Translations under genes and position numbers: made by a program | Notes under the pieces: model-generated | Database searches by the model: none | Seen by the model: only the letters and a program-made list of their open reading frames with translations | What the model was told of the DNA's origin: nothing | DNA from: Thermoplasmatales archaeon | Lineage (GTDB): Archaea > Thermoplasmatota > E2 > DHVEG-1 | DNA: 51,441 nt | Assembly: GCA_020350365.1 (NCBI GenBank) | Contig: CP070712.1 | Location: 64,812 to 116,252, forward strand | Direction: 5' to 3' | In this document: positions 17,341 through 28,290 of the stretch, one piece after another | Layout: each line of letters opens with the position of its first letter | Position numbering within the stretch: the first letter of the stretch is position 1

Positions 17341-18744
17341 ATGAGGAGAGTTGGGATATTATCATTTTTTTTATTTATGCTTGTACTAAGCGCTTTTACG
17401 ATTTCAGCACAACCTGCTGGCTCTCCCTGGCCAATGTTCAGAATGGATGCAAAGCATTCCGGCATCAGCACCTATGATACAAGTCATGTGGATGGAACAA
17501 TTCTATGGACTTTTGAGACAGGTGATGGAATTGAATCTTCACCAGCCATTGGGTCTGATGGGACGATTTACATCGGTTCACATGACGGTTATTTGTATGC
17601 AATAAATCCAGACGGAACAGAGAAATGGCGTTTTGATGCTGGTCCGCCAAGATACGATGCAAGATGGGACGTTTCAAAGTCAATTATGGCTACACCTGCA
17701 ATCGCAGCAGATGGGACAATTTATGTTTATTCATCGGCAAATTATCTTTTTGCGGTAAACTCAGATGGGACAGAGAAATGGAGACACTATCTATTATGGG
17801 GGAATGATTTTTGGACATCACCAACAATTGGAGACGATGGAACCATATACATTGGATCTGCAAACTCTCAATCAACTGAGGGTTTTGATGCAGGACTTCA
17901 TGCAATAAATTCCGATGGTACTGAAAAATGGAAATTTGAAAATACTTGTGGAGTAACAACAGCAGCAGCAATAGGTGATGACGGAACCATCTATTTTGGT
18001 GGAAACATAAACAGAGAAGGTGAGCAATCAGGTAACTATGGCATGGTTTATGCATTAAGTCCAATTGATGGCACAGAATTATGGAATTTTCAAATTGAGA
18101 ACTGGATGGAATCTTCACCAGCAATAGGCTCTAATGGAACGATTTATATAGGATCTGGTAGAGAAGCCCGTATCTATGTATTAAATCCAGATGGGTCAGA
18201 GAAATGGAGACATACATTTACAGAAGGTCTTAGTTGCACACCATTAGAAGCAGAGGACGGATCAGTTTATGTTGGTGTATGGGATACAAATTTTACTAAA
18301 TTTACAAATGATGGAATTGAAATATGGAGATATAGAACGCCTGAGGCTTTTGAAGGAATTATTTCTTCTCCTGCGATTGGTGCTGATGGAACAATCTATG
18401 TTGGATGTAACGCAGGGGTTTTTTACGCATTTAACCCAAATGGAACCATAAAATGGACAGTGAATACAGAGGGCAGAGGAGTATGCAGTTCTCCTGCAAT
18501 TGGTGCTGATGGTACGATATATTTTGGATCATGGGATAAAAAACTATATGCAATAGGTGGGTCAGCAACAGATGATGAACAGGATGAAGATGGGGCTTCT
18601 AATGGGACTGATGATAAAAATCAATCACAAGAACAGGATAATAATATACTTGATTCAAAAGATGAAGCACCAGGTTTTGAAGGTATAATGTTATTTGTTG
18701 CTATTTTGGTGATTCTTTATTTTATTAGAAATAAAAATAGATAG
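17341..18744 (+). CDS. PQQ-like (BamB-type) beta-propeller surface protein with PGF-CTERM
   Basis: SSPAIGxDGTIY...YAINPDGTEKW repeats, an acidic linker, then APGF + TM helix + RNKNR (the archaeosortase A target signal). Confidence 0.88.
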   Translation: MRRVGILSFFLFMLVLSAFTISAQPAGSPWPMFRMDAKHSGISTYDTSHVDGTILWTFETGDGIESSPAIGSDGTIYIGSHDGYLYAINPDGTEKWRFDAGPPRYDARWDVSKSIMATPAIAADGTIYVYSSANYLFAVNSDGTEKWRHYLLWGNDFWTSPTIGDDGTIYIGSANSQSTEGFDAGLHAINSDGTEKWKFENTCGVTTAAAIGDDGTIYFGGNINREGEQSGNYGMVYALSPIDGTELWNFQIENWMESSPAIGSNGTIYIGSGREARIYVLNPDGSEKWRHTFTEGLSCTPLEAEDGSVYVGVWDTNFTKFTNDGIEIWRYRTPEAFEGIISSPAIGADGTIYVGCNAGVFYAFNPNGTIKWTVNTEGRGVCSSPAIGADGTIYFGSWDKKLYAIGGSATDDEQDEDGASNGTDDKNQSQEQDNNILDSKDEAPGFEGIMLFVAILVILYFIRNKNR

Positions 18745-18809
18745 ATATTGAAAATTGGTAGAATGATATGATGATTTTAAACTAAAATAAAGAGAATCTG
18801 TTAGGTTTT

Positions 18810-21113
18810 TTAGAGCTGAATTAATCTTAGCAAGTATCTTAATTTTGGAAATATAGTTGAAAATCGTTCAATTAATCGGAAGAACAAAGAACTAACTTCC
18901 GTCCTGATTCTTGGAATTTCAACTTCAAACTCAGCCCATTCACTCTCACCACAAAAATCTCTCACCTTTGCTTTCATCATATATGTCCCAGTCTCATTCC
19001 AAATATGACTATGCTTTACAGATCCACCACCTTGGTATGGTCCAATCCAGCCTGTTGAATCCCCATCACCCCAATCGACCCAAAGATAAAAATCATCTGG
19101 ATCAGGGTCTATTACATAAAACTCATATTCATATTCCACACCAGGATTTCCACTGTTAGGACCATATATTTCTAGTCCTGGAGGAGTATTTGCTATCATT
19201 ACATCAACACATTTAGTGATATTTCCTGAGAAACCATCATCATCTGTAACAGTCAATGTTACATAGTAAGTCCCAACTTCACAATATTTATGATAAACAG
19301 TCTCACCTGTACCAGTTGTTCCATCACCAAAATCCCATTCATATGAAATGATTTCTCCATCAAAATCATAAGAAAATGAAGCATTAAATATAACAGGATA
19401 TTCCTCAGCATTATATGTAAAGTTTGCAATTGGTGGATTACCAATCCAAGTTACAATCAACGGATATCTATCTTTATTATCTCCACCAGGAATTAGATAT
19501 GGGATGTCACCAATCCCGTCACCATCTGCGTCTTCACCTGTGTAATCATCCCAGTAATTACCGCCAAGTGGGTATCCATTATCCCAGGTATTATTTCCTT
19601 TATCAATTGCACTAAGATTGTTGTTTATGAAATTATTATAATAGATACAGGAATAATTATAGTGTCTGTATGAAATATTAAACCCAATATTGTTACTTTT
19701 AATATTATTCTTAAGTATCAAATTACGAACTGCATATAACTTGATACCAATATCATTTTTTACAATATTATTTCTAATTACAGTATTATTTTCTGAGTAA
19801 TGGCGAATTAAAACACCGCTGTACTTGTTATTGTATATACTGTTGTTGTTTATTGTGTTATTATGTCCACCAATACATATTCCATTAGAGTTGTTTGAGA
19901 TATTATTGTCAGATATGGTACAATTAATACCTACTACATAGATTGCATTATGATCAAGGTTTCTAATTACATTATTTTTAATAGTACAATTGAACAAACC
20001 ATTACTGGAAGTGATTCCACCGTACTCTGTAGGATTTTCAATTAAATTGTTCTGAATTGTAACATTTTCGCAATTATCAGTTCTCATTGCATATTTATTT
20101 AAATTTGAGAAAATATTATTTTCAATCTTACTATCAACTGTATCAAAAAAACCAACACCCATACTAGCATTTGTAAATTCAAGATTTCTTACTGTCATGT
20201 TATTACAGGAGACAAGAAAGACTTGACCTGCTGAATCATCAATTATGATATTTGATTCGTTTTCAAAATATATTAGAGGTTTTCCATTGATTGTGTTGTT
20301 TTTTACATTATTTCTGTAAGATTTATATATATAAAGACCATCATTTATAAAACAATTATTTTTTATAATATTATCACTACAATAGCTTAGCACGAGACCT
20401 GCTTTATTATTAGAAAAAATATTTCCACTTAATGTTGCAGAGGTTGTTGAGAGTCGGATACCAAAATCACGACTTGATTCAAATGTATTATTTATTATCT
20501 GATTATTCACAGATTTATACCATACAAGCATCGCGTTAAAACTATTTGAAATCAAGTTGTTACAAATTTTGTTGTTAGAACTTTCTATAAATTTGATTCC
20601 AATGAAACAATCGTTTATTGTGTTATTAAATATCTCATTATCTGATGTAGAGTCATTTAAAATTATGCCTCTAAAACAATCAGAAAAAAAATTATTTGAG
20701 ACAATATTATTATTTGAATCGATAATTAAACCGTTTGAATTATAACCATGTATCATAAATCCACTAAACAAAACATTATCAGAATTAATAATTACTACAT
20801 CTCCAAATTTAGAACCATTTATCAATGTTGTATTTTTATCTTCACCAACTAACATTATTCCTTTATTAACGATAACATCTTCGTTATATGGTGATGAATC
20901 TTCATATACAAACACAGTATCACCAACAGATGCGTTATCAATTGCATCCTGTATTTTGGTGTAGTTGCCTTCTCCGGAGCCACCAACATATAAAATATTG
21001 CTAGATGGATTTGATGAATTAGAATTTTTAATAATTAAGGCAGCTGATGGATTTATATTTATTATTATAAATAGGAATATTATTCCTAAAACAAGGATTT
21101 TTTTTGTTTCCAT
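18810..21113 (-). CDS. Secreted NosD/CASH right-handed beta-helix + 2 PKD + conserved tail
   Basis: YVGGSGEGNYTKIQDAIDNA, Asn-rich repeats, GNYWDDY.G.D.DGDGIGD.PY and a canonical PKD YEWDFGDG. Tail IPRIR...ERFSTIFPKLRYLL. Confidence 0.88.
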   Translation of the reverse strand: METKKILVLGIIFLFIIININPSAALIIKNSNSSNPSSNILYVGGSGEGNYTKIQDAIDNASVGDTVFVYEDSSPYNEDVIVNKGIMLVGEDKNTTLINGSKFGDVVIINSDNVLFSGFMIHGYNSNGLIIDSNNNIVSNNFFSDCFRGIILNDSTSDNEIFNNTINDCFIGIKFIESSNNKICNNLISNSFNAMLVWYKSVNNQIINNTFESSRDFGIRLSTTSATLSGNIFSNNKAGLVLSYCSDNIIKNNCFINDGLYIYKSYRNNVKNNTINGKPLIYFENESNIIIDDSAGQVFLVSCNNMTVRNLEFTNASMGVGFFDTVDSKIENNIFSNLNKYAMRTDNCENVTIQNNLIENPTEYGGITSSNGLFNCTIKNNVIRNLDHNAIYVVGINCTISDNNISNNSNGICIGGHNNTINNNSIYNNKYSGVLIRHYSENNTVIRNNIVKNDIGIKLYAVRNLILKNNIKSNNIGFNISYRHYNYSCIYYNNFINNNLSAIDKGNNTWDNGYPLGGNYWDDYTGEDADGDGIGDIPYLIPGGDNKDRYPLIVTWIGNPPIANFTYNAEEYPVIFNASFSYDFDGEIISYEWDFGDGTTGTGETVYHKYCEVGTYYVTLTVTDDDGFSGNITKCVDVMIANTPPGLEIYGPNSGNPGVEYEYEFYVIDPDPDDFYLWVDWGDGDSTGWIGPYQGGGSVKHSHIWNETGTYMMKAKVRDFCGESEWAEFEVEIPRIRTEVSSLFFRLIERFSTIFPKLRYLLRLIQL

Positions 21114-21222
21114 TTGTCCTCCCTCGATATTTACATCCTATTATGTATATTTAAATGTTACATTATAAATAGAAGGTAAAATCTAATATAATTTAAAGAT
21201 TAACAATACGAATTGATTTTAA

Positions 21223-21447
21223 ATGCTCACAATAAAATGTGCAAGGTGTAAACAAAAAATCTTCAGATATGTCAAAATCGGTAAAGGAAAACTATGGCAT
21301 TGTTGGAAGGATAGAATAATTGAGGATTTTAGTATTCACAAAGGAAAAAAAGTTTTATGTAAGTGCGGAAACCTAATTGGTATTGATGAAGAAAAGTGGA
21401 TAAAACTAAAACAGCATTCTTTTACTTATTCAGGTACAAAAACATGA
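21223..21447 (+). CDS. Small Cys-containing (zinc-ribbon-like) hypothetical protein
   Basis: CARC...HC...CKCGNLIG, basic, 74 aa. Confidence 0.75.
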   Translation: MLTIKCARCKQKIFRYVKIGKGKLWHCWKDRIIEDFSIHKGKKVLCKCGNLIGIDEEKWIKLKQHSFTYSGTKT

Positions 21448-21480
21448 TGAATTGTAACAAAGAATAGCTAGTTAAGAATG

Positions 21481-21909
21481 CTAATTTTGAACAAGTCTAG
21501 CACTAAGTGACCAATAATATCCATAATTAACAAGCCTTTGTTTTGCATAAGAATAATCAAGTTTATAGGAATCAACTGAAGAGCCACCATTTGTCAAATA
21601 TATCTTACAAAAAGCTTCTCCCTCTTCAGGAATAAGTACATTTGCAACAGCAAAAGATGTCCAGCCAGTACTGTCAGTAGTTCTAATAAGTGTACTAAGT
21701 ATTTTTCCATTAACTCCAAATTCAAAGGTTACAGAAGCATTTATTACTGACTCTCCTGTACTATTTTTTTCCACATGAGCAATCGCTTCAATTATTGTAT
21801 CAATAGATAAAAATAGAATTTCTTCTTCCTCTGTAGGTTCATTACATCCACTCAAACCAACACAGATAAGTATGACAACTACACCTATTGTTGCAAGGTT
21901 TTTATTCAT
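21481..21909 (-). CDS. Small lipoprotein (Ig-like)
   Basis: Lipobox LSGC, GGAG RBS. Confidence 0.75.
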   Translation of the reverse strand: MNKNLATIGVVVILICVGLSGCNEPTEEEEILFLSIDTIIEAIAHVEKNSTGESVINASVTFEFGVNGKILSTLIRTTDSTGWTSFAVANVLIPEEGEAFCKIYLTNGGSSVDSYKLDYSYAKQRLVNYGYYWSLSARLVQN

Positions 21910-21991
21910 ATAACTCCCATAATGAGAAACTTGTTATTTTTTAATTATTAATAAAATCTACTAGTTATTGAAGATTAATGGATTACTAAAA

Positions 21992-24193
21992 CTAAATCAA
22001 TTCCAGTAGATAATTTATTAATGAAGCAATATTTGGGAATCGTTCGAACATCAAGAAAATTATACTTTGATAAATCATTTTGGGTCTAGGAATGTTAACA
22101 TCAAACTCGGTCCAATCACTTTCTGAACTATAGGCATCTCTTGCCCTGGCCTTGATTTGATAGGATCCTTCTATGTTCCAGGTATGGGAAAATGTAACAT
22201 CAATATCTGAGTCATATGGACCTTCCCAATCAACAAATGTACCATCGCCCCAGTCAATGTAATAATATACATCATTTCCTTCAGCATCATATGTTGAAAG
22301 GATAAAATCCAGTTCCCTTCCAGTATTTCCAGTATGTGGACCAGATATTGTTGGTTTATCTGGAGCTGTATTGCTATAATGATTTAGGAAATCAACTGAT
22401 GGATCACCGAAAAGGTTCAATGCATAATAGCTCCATCTCATACATTCATCATTAATCCGGTATAGATTATCCTCCTTGGAATCATGACTTGCTGCACCTA
22501 TTACAGTTTTTCCTTCTCTAAAAACAGCATCCCAAAACTCCCGATGATAATGTTGTGAGGAAGCATCTGTTCCACCTGGGTTATACCATCCAAATCTAGC
22601 ATTCATAATTGTTGCAAATGCAGCATTATCCGTTTTTACGGTAAAATATTCTGCAACACAATCCCCGTTATCAAATCCTCCAGCCATACAGCCCTGGGAA
22701 TAAACAAAACAAAGTTTTTCATTATTTAGAGAGCTAATCTGTGAGGTACTAAGCTTCATAGCAGAATAATAATTGGCATGCCCTAGATGATTTACGAAGT
22801 GAATGCCATTGTTTATTTTGTCTATGAGATTAGATGCATACCAAACTCCATTCTTTTCATACAATGTTTCAATAGTATATTCGTCAGATGGTATCCCTTC
22901 GGTTGTATAACCATTAGCACTAGAACCATCGATTAGTTCATCCATATAAGTACCACCCCACGTCAGAGGTGTAGTAGTTAGCAATTCTCCTACCATCAAT
23001 GCATCTTCCAAATATGGATCATCAGAGAATAAATATGAAATCGTTTTAGAAACAAAGTTAGTTACTTCTGAAATAGTACCAACAGATGCTCTTCCTACAT
23101 AAACGTCAGCAACAAGGTCTACATCCCCGCCTCCAGGACCATCATTAGGTTCACCAAATAGTCCATTGCCATTGTTATCATAGGTTCCATCTAAGCAGGC
23201 ATAATAGATATCAGAAGGCATATTTTCTTCTGTTTCCGACCATGGCCACCACCAAACCGTTCTAACAAAGAGGTCCTTTGCAGCGATTATATCATCATCA
23301 GCACCAATCATTACAAAATCTATCTGTAGACTGTTATAGGCATCTAAAATATAATCTCGAATGTCGTCAGGGTTGCTACTTCCAATATCTGAGGTTGTCC
23401 TAATAATTGTACTAAGACCATTATCATTATGAAAATCTTTTAAGGTTTCAAAACCGCTTTTCAATGAATCTGTAGTAATAATGAGAAGATCGTTTGAAAC
23501 AAGAGGATGGTTTACCTGTTGATTATAGGTATCTGCAATTTCAGGATTATCAACCTTACCCATAATTTCAATTTTATCTTTTTCTAAGTTGCGAAATAAT
23601 TGATTTATGCTTCCATCCTTGATAAGATTAACAGAAATCTCTAAGTCTTTATAAAAATAGAGTTCACCTGCAGCTGGAACATATTGAACAGGATGTAACT
23701 TCAATACAAGTATCTGATATCCTCTAAAACTATGTACACCTATCTCTTCAAATAGGTTTCCAGGAAACATTTCCATTGAGCTGTATAATTCTTCATTCTG
23801 AAATGGGAGTGTTATTGAGCTTGATTTTGTAATTGGAATCATTTCTCCGACAGGTTCAATATTGAAATCTGAACCCAATAATTCACCTTCACTTTTAACA
23901 GTTATATCATTAACTTTTGTACCATGAGGTAAAAGTATATATGCTCCGCCAGAAGGTAAACGTGGTTCACCAGAGTTACCAGATGTTGATAGGTCTTGAA
24001 TTTTTATTCGCGTATAGTGTTTGTCTCCAATCATTATTTGTTCAATAATTGGCTGGTCAAATGAGTAAGTAATTGAGAGTTGTTCATAATCATTTACTTT
24101 CTCTACAGCACTATAAATTGGAATTGAAGTCAACATTAGGATAATAACTATTAATATCACATTAAAAGTTATATTAGTTTTATTATTTTTCAT
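21992..24193 (-). CDS. Gingipain-family peptidase C25 with propeptide + PKD + conserved tail
   Basis: Propeptide GEPRLP, SDIYYACLDG, VYVGRA, NHLGHAN (His), SQGCMAG (Cys), LFGDP. Tail IPRPK...ERFPNIASLINYLL. Confidence 0.9.
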   Translation of the reverse strand: MKNNKTNITFNVILIVIILMLTSIPIYSAVEKVNDYEQLSITYSFDQPIIEQIMIGDKHYTRIKIQDLSTSGNSGEPRLPSGGAYILLPHGTKVNDITVKSEGELLGSDFNIEPVGEMIPITKSSSITLPFQNEELYSSMEMFPGNLFEEIGVHSFRGYQILVLKLHPVQYVPAAGELYFYKDLEISVNLIKDGSINQLFRNLEKDKIEIMGKVDNPEIADTYNQQVNHPLVSNDLLIITTDSLKSGFETLKDFHNDNGLSTIIRTTSDIGSSNPDDIRDYILDAYNSLQIDFVMIGADDDIIAAKDLFVRTVWWWPWSETEENMPSDIYYACLDGTYDNNGNGLFGEPNDGPGGGDVDLVADVYVGRASVGTISEVTNFVSKTISYLFSDDPYLEDALMVGELLTTTPLTWGGTYMDELIDGSSANGYTTEGIPSDEYTIETLYEKNGVWYASNLIDKINNGIHFVNHLGHANYYSAMKLSTSQISSLNNEKLCFVYSQGCMAGGFDNGDCVAEYFTVKTDNAAFATIMNARFGWYNPGGTDASSQHYHREFWDAVFREGKTVIGAASHDSKEDNLYRINDECMRWSYYALNLFGDPSVDFLNHYSNTAPDKPTISGPHTGNTGRELDFILSTYDAEGNDVYYYIDWGDGTFVDWEGPYDSDIDVTFSHTWNIEGSYQIKARARDAYSSESDWTEFDVNIPRPKMIYQSIIFLMFERFPNIASLINYLLELI

Positions 24194-24479
24194 CTATATC
24201 TTCCTTTTTATATAATTGTAAATCCCGATACAATTTATAATATTTCTGATGGTTTGAGAATACAAATTTGATAGTTATTGCTTATTGCATCAATTTTAAA
24301 TTGTATTTTATTTTTGAAACAATTATAGTAACGACAGCAATTTGGAATAAAACATATGAATAACGTGAGGATTTGTAACAAAAATGTAATATAACTGTTA
24401 TGTTTAAAATGTGCAATTTGTTAAAGGTAAACTTTTAAATATTGTACCTGTTTATAAATATATAAAGGGGGAGTGAGAA

Positions 24480-26366
24480 ATGAAGAAAATAATATCATTT
24501 CTAATAATAGTTTTTTTTATTTTTAGTGGACTGAACGTTATAGCAGAAAATATAAATCTTGAGGTTGAAAATTTTTCAAGTTCAAATTACACCAAAATAG
24601 ATATTATTTCAATTCAAACAAGTGAAGAAATGAAAATTTACTCCACAACATATAAACAAAATACAAAGAATGATATAAATAATATAGAAATTAAAGAACA
24701 CGATAGATCAACTGAAGTGTTGAATATTTTTGAAACTTATGATTATGTAATAATTACTACAGAAAACCTTTATAATTCAATTACCTCGTCAACATTTATT
24801 GGGTGGAAAACCCAAATTGGTTTTAATATTAAAATTGTAAATATCACAGATAATGAAATTACTTCCCAAGCAGGTCAGGACCTTCCAGAAAAAATTAGAA
24901 ATTTTCTTAGGGAATATTACCAATCCTGGGGAATAAAATATGTACTTATTGTTGGTAATCATGCAACAATACCTATGAGATATTGCTATCCAGATCCAAC
25001 AAATCATAGATTTGATGTTTTTGACTATACCAGTGGAGAGGTTCCAACAGATTATTATTATGCCGATCTCTCAAGCCCGGATGCAGACTCATGGGATTAT
25101 GACGGTGATGGTTATTATGGAGAATATGGAGAAGACCTGCCTGATTTCTTTCCGGAAGTTTATGTTGGTAGAATTCCAACAAATGTAGAATCTAGGATTA
25201 CTTACACTCTTGATAAAACTGTTATTTTTGAACAAGATGCTGGAGATTGGAAAAAAAATGCTTTGCATGCTGGAGCCTTTTTTTATTTTACTAATGAAGA
25301 TCATAGTGGTTATCCTGCTTATGACGGTGCAAAACTTTCGTATTATATCGAAAAGGATATTATGACTGACTGGACCATAAGTCATTATAGTGAACAGGCG
25401 GGATTAGAGAAATCTGTCTATAATTGGCCAGCACTTACTGAGACTGCATTTATCGATGACTGGCGAACTGGAAAGTATTCTGTGATGAATTGGCAAGGTC
25501 ACGGTTGGACAAACAGAGTTGCTCGAAAGGTTTGGTCAACAGATGATAACGATGGGGTTCCTGAATATAATGAGATATCCTGGCCAGATTTCATAAATAT
25601 AAATTCAAATCTTGATGATGATTACCCTTCAGTTGTTACAGCAGAATCCTGTTATGTTGGCTGTCCTGAAACTGCATCTGGCGGAAATCTCGGAATTGAT
25701 TTGCTGACAGACCCATCAATGGGTGCATCAATTGGCGTTGTTGCATCATCTCGTTCGCCATATGGTTCTTATGATTGGCCAAATAATCCAGGTGGTTCTG
25801 ATTCAATAATCTATGAATTCAACCGCTTCATGATAAATGATTCAAAGGGAGTTGGTGAGGCTCTTTATGACTCGAAATATTTCTGTAATTATAATTATGG
25901 CTGGGAGCATTATGCAGAATATCTTGATATGTATGCGTTCAATCTCTTTGGAGATCCTTCCCTTTTGATTGAGGGAATAACTACTCAAAATTCACCACCT
26001 GATACACCAACTATTGATGGTCCAGATAAAGGGTCGCCTGACACTGAATATACGTATTGTATAATTGCATCAGACCCGGATGATGATGTCTTATTTGTCA
26101 GATGGGATTGGGGTGATGGTACGAGTAGTGATTGGCTGGGTCCATATGTCTCAGGAACTGAGGTTTGCGATTCCCATGTATGGGCTGATGAAGGTACGTA
26201 TATTGTTAGAGTAACTGTAGAAGATGAACATGGAATGATTGCATCAGCAAATATTGAAATAGTTATTCCAAGGTCAAGAGCAATTAATACTATTTTTCAA
26301 TTGTTTTTTGAGAGTTTTACAAATGCATTTCCAGTTCTACGATTTTTATTTAGATTGATTTTATGA
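24480..26366 (+). CDS. Peptidase C25 (no propeptide) + PKD + conserved tail
   Basis: PTDYYYADL, VYVGRIP, WQGHGW, AESCYVG, LFGDP. Tail IPRSR...ESFTNAFPVLRFLF. Confidence 0.9.
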   Translation: MKKIISFLIIVFFIFSGLNVIAENINLEVENFSSSNYTKIDIISIQTSEEMKIYSTTYKQNTKNDINNIEIKEHDRSTEVLNIFETYDYVIITTENLYNSITSSTFIGWKTQIGFNIKIVNITDNEITSQAGQDLPEKIRNFLREYYQSWGIKYVLIVGNHATIPMRYCYPDPTNHRFDVFDYTSGEVPTDYYYADLSSPDADSWDYDGDGYYGEYGEDLPDFFPEVYVGRIPTNVESRITYTLDKTVIFEQDAGDWKKNALHAGAFFYFTNEDHSGYPAYDGAKLSYYIEKDIMTDWTISHYSEQAGLEKSVYNWPALTETAFIDDWRTGKYSVMNWQGHGWTNRVARKVWSTDDNDGVPEYNEISWPDFININSNLDDDYPSVVTAESCYVGCPETASGGNLGIDLLTDPSMGASIGVVASSRSPYGSYDWPNNPGGSDSIIYEFNRFMINDSKGVGEALYDSKYFCNYNYGWEHYAEYLDMYAFNLFGDPSLLIEGITTQNSPPDTPTIDGPDKGSPDTEYTYCIIASDPDDDVLFVRWDWGDGTSSDWLGPYVSGTEVCDSHVWADEGTYIVRVTVEDEHGMIASANIEIVIPRSRAINTIFQLFFESFTNAFPVLRFLFRLIL

Positions 26367-26472
26367 TTTGAAACAAAAATAAAAAGATTCTGTAAGAGTT
26401 TTTTTTTAGATTTCCTAAAATAATTAATATGAAAAAATATCTCTTAAGGCAATATATAACTTAGCTATGTTT

Positions 26473-26580
26473 TCAACATTCAAAATCTTGATCTTGCATA
26501 ATTGAAGCACAACTAACACAGACTTCTCCGATCATCTCATCTTCAGTATGTTCTTCTCCACAGACTGGACAAATAGGCAT
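26473..26580 (-). CDS. 35-aa CPxCG-type zinc-finger microprotein
   Basis: MPICPVCGEEHTEDEMIGEVCVSCASIMQDQDFEC*, with GTGA upstream. Not in the ORF track. Confidence 0.72.
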   Translation of the reverse strand: MPICPVCGEEHTEDEMIGEVCVSCASIMQDQDFEC

Positions 26581-26657
26581 TATATCACATTGATTCAATT
26601 ATGTAATTTGAATTGAATAACTTTATTAAAAGATAGTGATATCTTATATAATACATA

Positions 26658-27479
26658 ATGAGACCCTCTAAAAGATTTGTCAGATTGCTCGAAAAGTATT
26701 TTCCTAAACGATTCGAACTTGCAAAATTTACAAATTATCCAATTTTTAAAAAGATAATTGATAAGATGCTTTTTGATAATACAGATTTAACTATCCTTTC
26801 TAAAGACAACATTGTTGAAATAACCCTTAACAAGAAAATAGAACCAATAGAAAGCATCGTAGTTCCTTCAAAAGTTGTTGAATATTTTATTGATAAATCA
26901 AGCTATCATTTCATAATGGATTTTTGCTTATGTCGGGAAGCCATGCAATGCAGCAAATATCCAATAAATATTGGTTGCCTTTTTATGGGAGATGTTGCAA
27001 AAAAAATTCCAAAAGAGCTTGGGAAACCTGTAACAAAAAAAGAAGCCCTTGAACATGTAAAAAAATGTAGAAAGGCAGGTTTAGTTCATCTAATCGGAAG
27101 AGATAAAATAGACGAGACCTGGCTTGGGGTTGGATCAAAGATTCCATTACTTACAGTATGTAATTGCTGCAACTGTTGTTGTCTTTGGAAAATGCTTTCA
27201 CATCTTGATGATAAAATTTCCTCAAAAGTTAAAAGCATGCCTGGTGTCAAGATTATAACCAATGATAACTGCAAAGGTTGTGGGGCTTGTACGAAAGGTA
27301 TTTGTTTTGTTGATAATATAAAAATCAAAGATGGTGTTGCAGAAATAGATAAAAAATGTTTTGCTTGCGGACGATGTGTAGAAATCTGTCCAAACGATGC
27401 AATTGAACTTGTTATCGAAGATAATGATTTTATCAATAAGACAATTGAAAGAGTAAAAGATACTCAATTAAGGAACTAA
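26658..27479 (+). CDS. 4Fe-4S dicluster-domain protein
   Basis: CxCR, CNCCNCCC, CKGCGAC...C and CFACGRCVEICP. Confidence 0.85.
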   Translation: MRPSKRFVRLLEKYFPKRFELAKFTNYPIFKKIIDKMLFDNTDLTILSKDNIVEITLNKKIEPIESIVVPSKVVEYFIDKSSYHFIMDFCLCREAMQCSKYPINIGCLFMGDVAKKIPKELGKPVTKKEALEHVKKCRKAGLVHLIGRDKIDETWLGVGSKIPLLTVCNCCNCCCLWKMLSHLDDKISSKVKSMPGVKIITNDNCKGCGACTKGICFVDNIKIKDGVAEIDKKCFACGRCVEICPNDAIELVIEDNDFINKTIERVKDTQLRN

Positions 27480-27523
27480 AAACTAACAGGTTTTATTAGT
27501 AATATATTACTTCACCTTTTAAA

Positions 27524-27928
27524 ATGAAAAGTAAGTTAATTGCTCCATGTGGAATGAACTGTAACATATGCAAGTACTATAATCGAGAGAAAATTAAATG
27601 TCCGGGTTGCAGAATTGAAGATGAAAGCAAATCAAAATATTGTAAAGAATGTATTATAATCAATTGTCAAGAAATAAAAAATAAAAATTCTGATTTTTGT
27701 TTTAAATGTTCAAGGATTCCATGTAGAAGATTAAAAAATCTGGATAAAAGATATAAAACAAAATATCACATGAGCATGCTTGAAAATCTTGGGTTTATTA
27801 AAGAAAATGGAATCAAGGAATTTTTAGAAAAAGAAATGCAAAAATGGAAATGTCCGAAATGTGATGGAATTATTACATGTCATGGTGGTATGTGTCTTTC
27901 ATGCGGTTATGTAAAATACAAGAACTGA
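27524..27928 (+). CDS. DUF3795-domain Cys-rich protein
   Basis: APCGMNCNIC, CPGC, CIIINC, FCFKC..IPC and C-terminal CPKC. Confidence 0.82.
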   Translation: MKSKLIAPCGMNCNICKYYNREKIKCPGCRIEDESKSKYCKECIIINCQEIKNKNSDFCFKCSRIPCRRLKNLDKRYKTKYHMSMLENLGFIKENGIKEFLEKEMQKWKCPKCDGIITCHGGMCLSCGYVKYKN

Positions 27929-27939
27929 TTAATTTTTTT

Positions 27940-28143
27940 TTAAATTGAATTTCGAGTTGGAGGATTTGAGCCAGGTGGAAATACTAAAGTAATATATTCA
28001 TATTGGATTTCATATTTCTCGTCCTTTTTTTTCTTAATTTTCTTTTTAAGAGAGCCAAAAGTTTCATCGGATAAAAGTTCAATTCCCAGGTCCATTAAAT
28101 CCTCCCATCTTTTTTTATAATCAGATAAATGAAACTCTGCCAC
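27940..28143 (-). CDS. Small hypothetical protein
   Basis: GTG start preceded by a GAGGTGA RBS, 67 aa. Confidence 0.6.
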   Translation of the reverse strand: MAEFHLSDYKKRWEDLMDLGIELLSDETFGSLKKKIKKKKDEKYEIQYEYITLVFPPGSNPPTRNSI

Positions 28144-28290
28144 CTATTTCACCTCTTCCAAATATATACGTATGCTTCTGATATTTATAATTTTATATAT
28201 TTTCAAGATTTTTAAAATAAAAGAAAAAATATTCTGAAATAATTTGATTATACCATTCAGTATAAAACCTAATTTTTTATTTCATTAAAT

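Noticed and set aside
26461..26478. Selenocysteine read-through at Cys-TGA ending the CPxCG microprotein
   Set aside because: Only three more codons would be added, and no SECIS-like structure or homolog evidence is visible.
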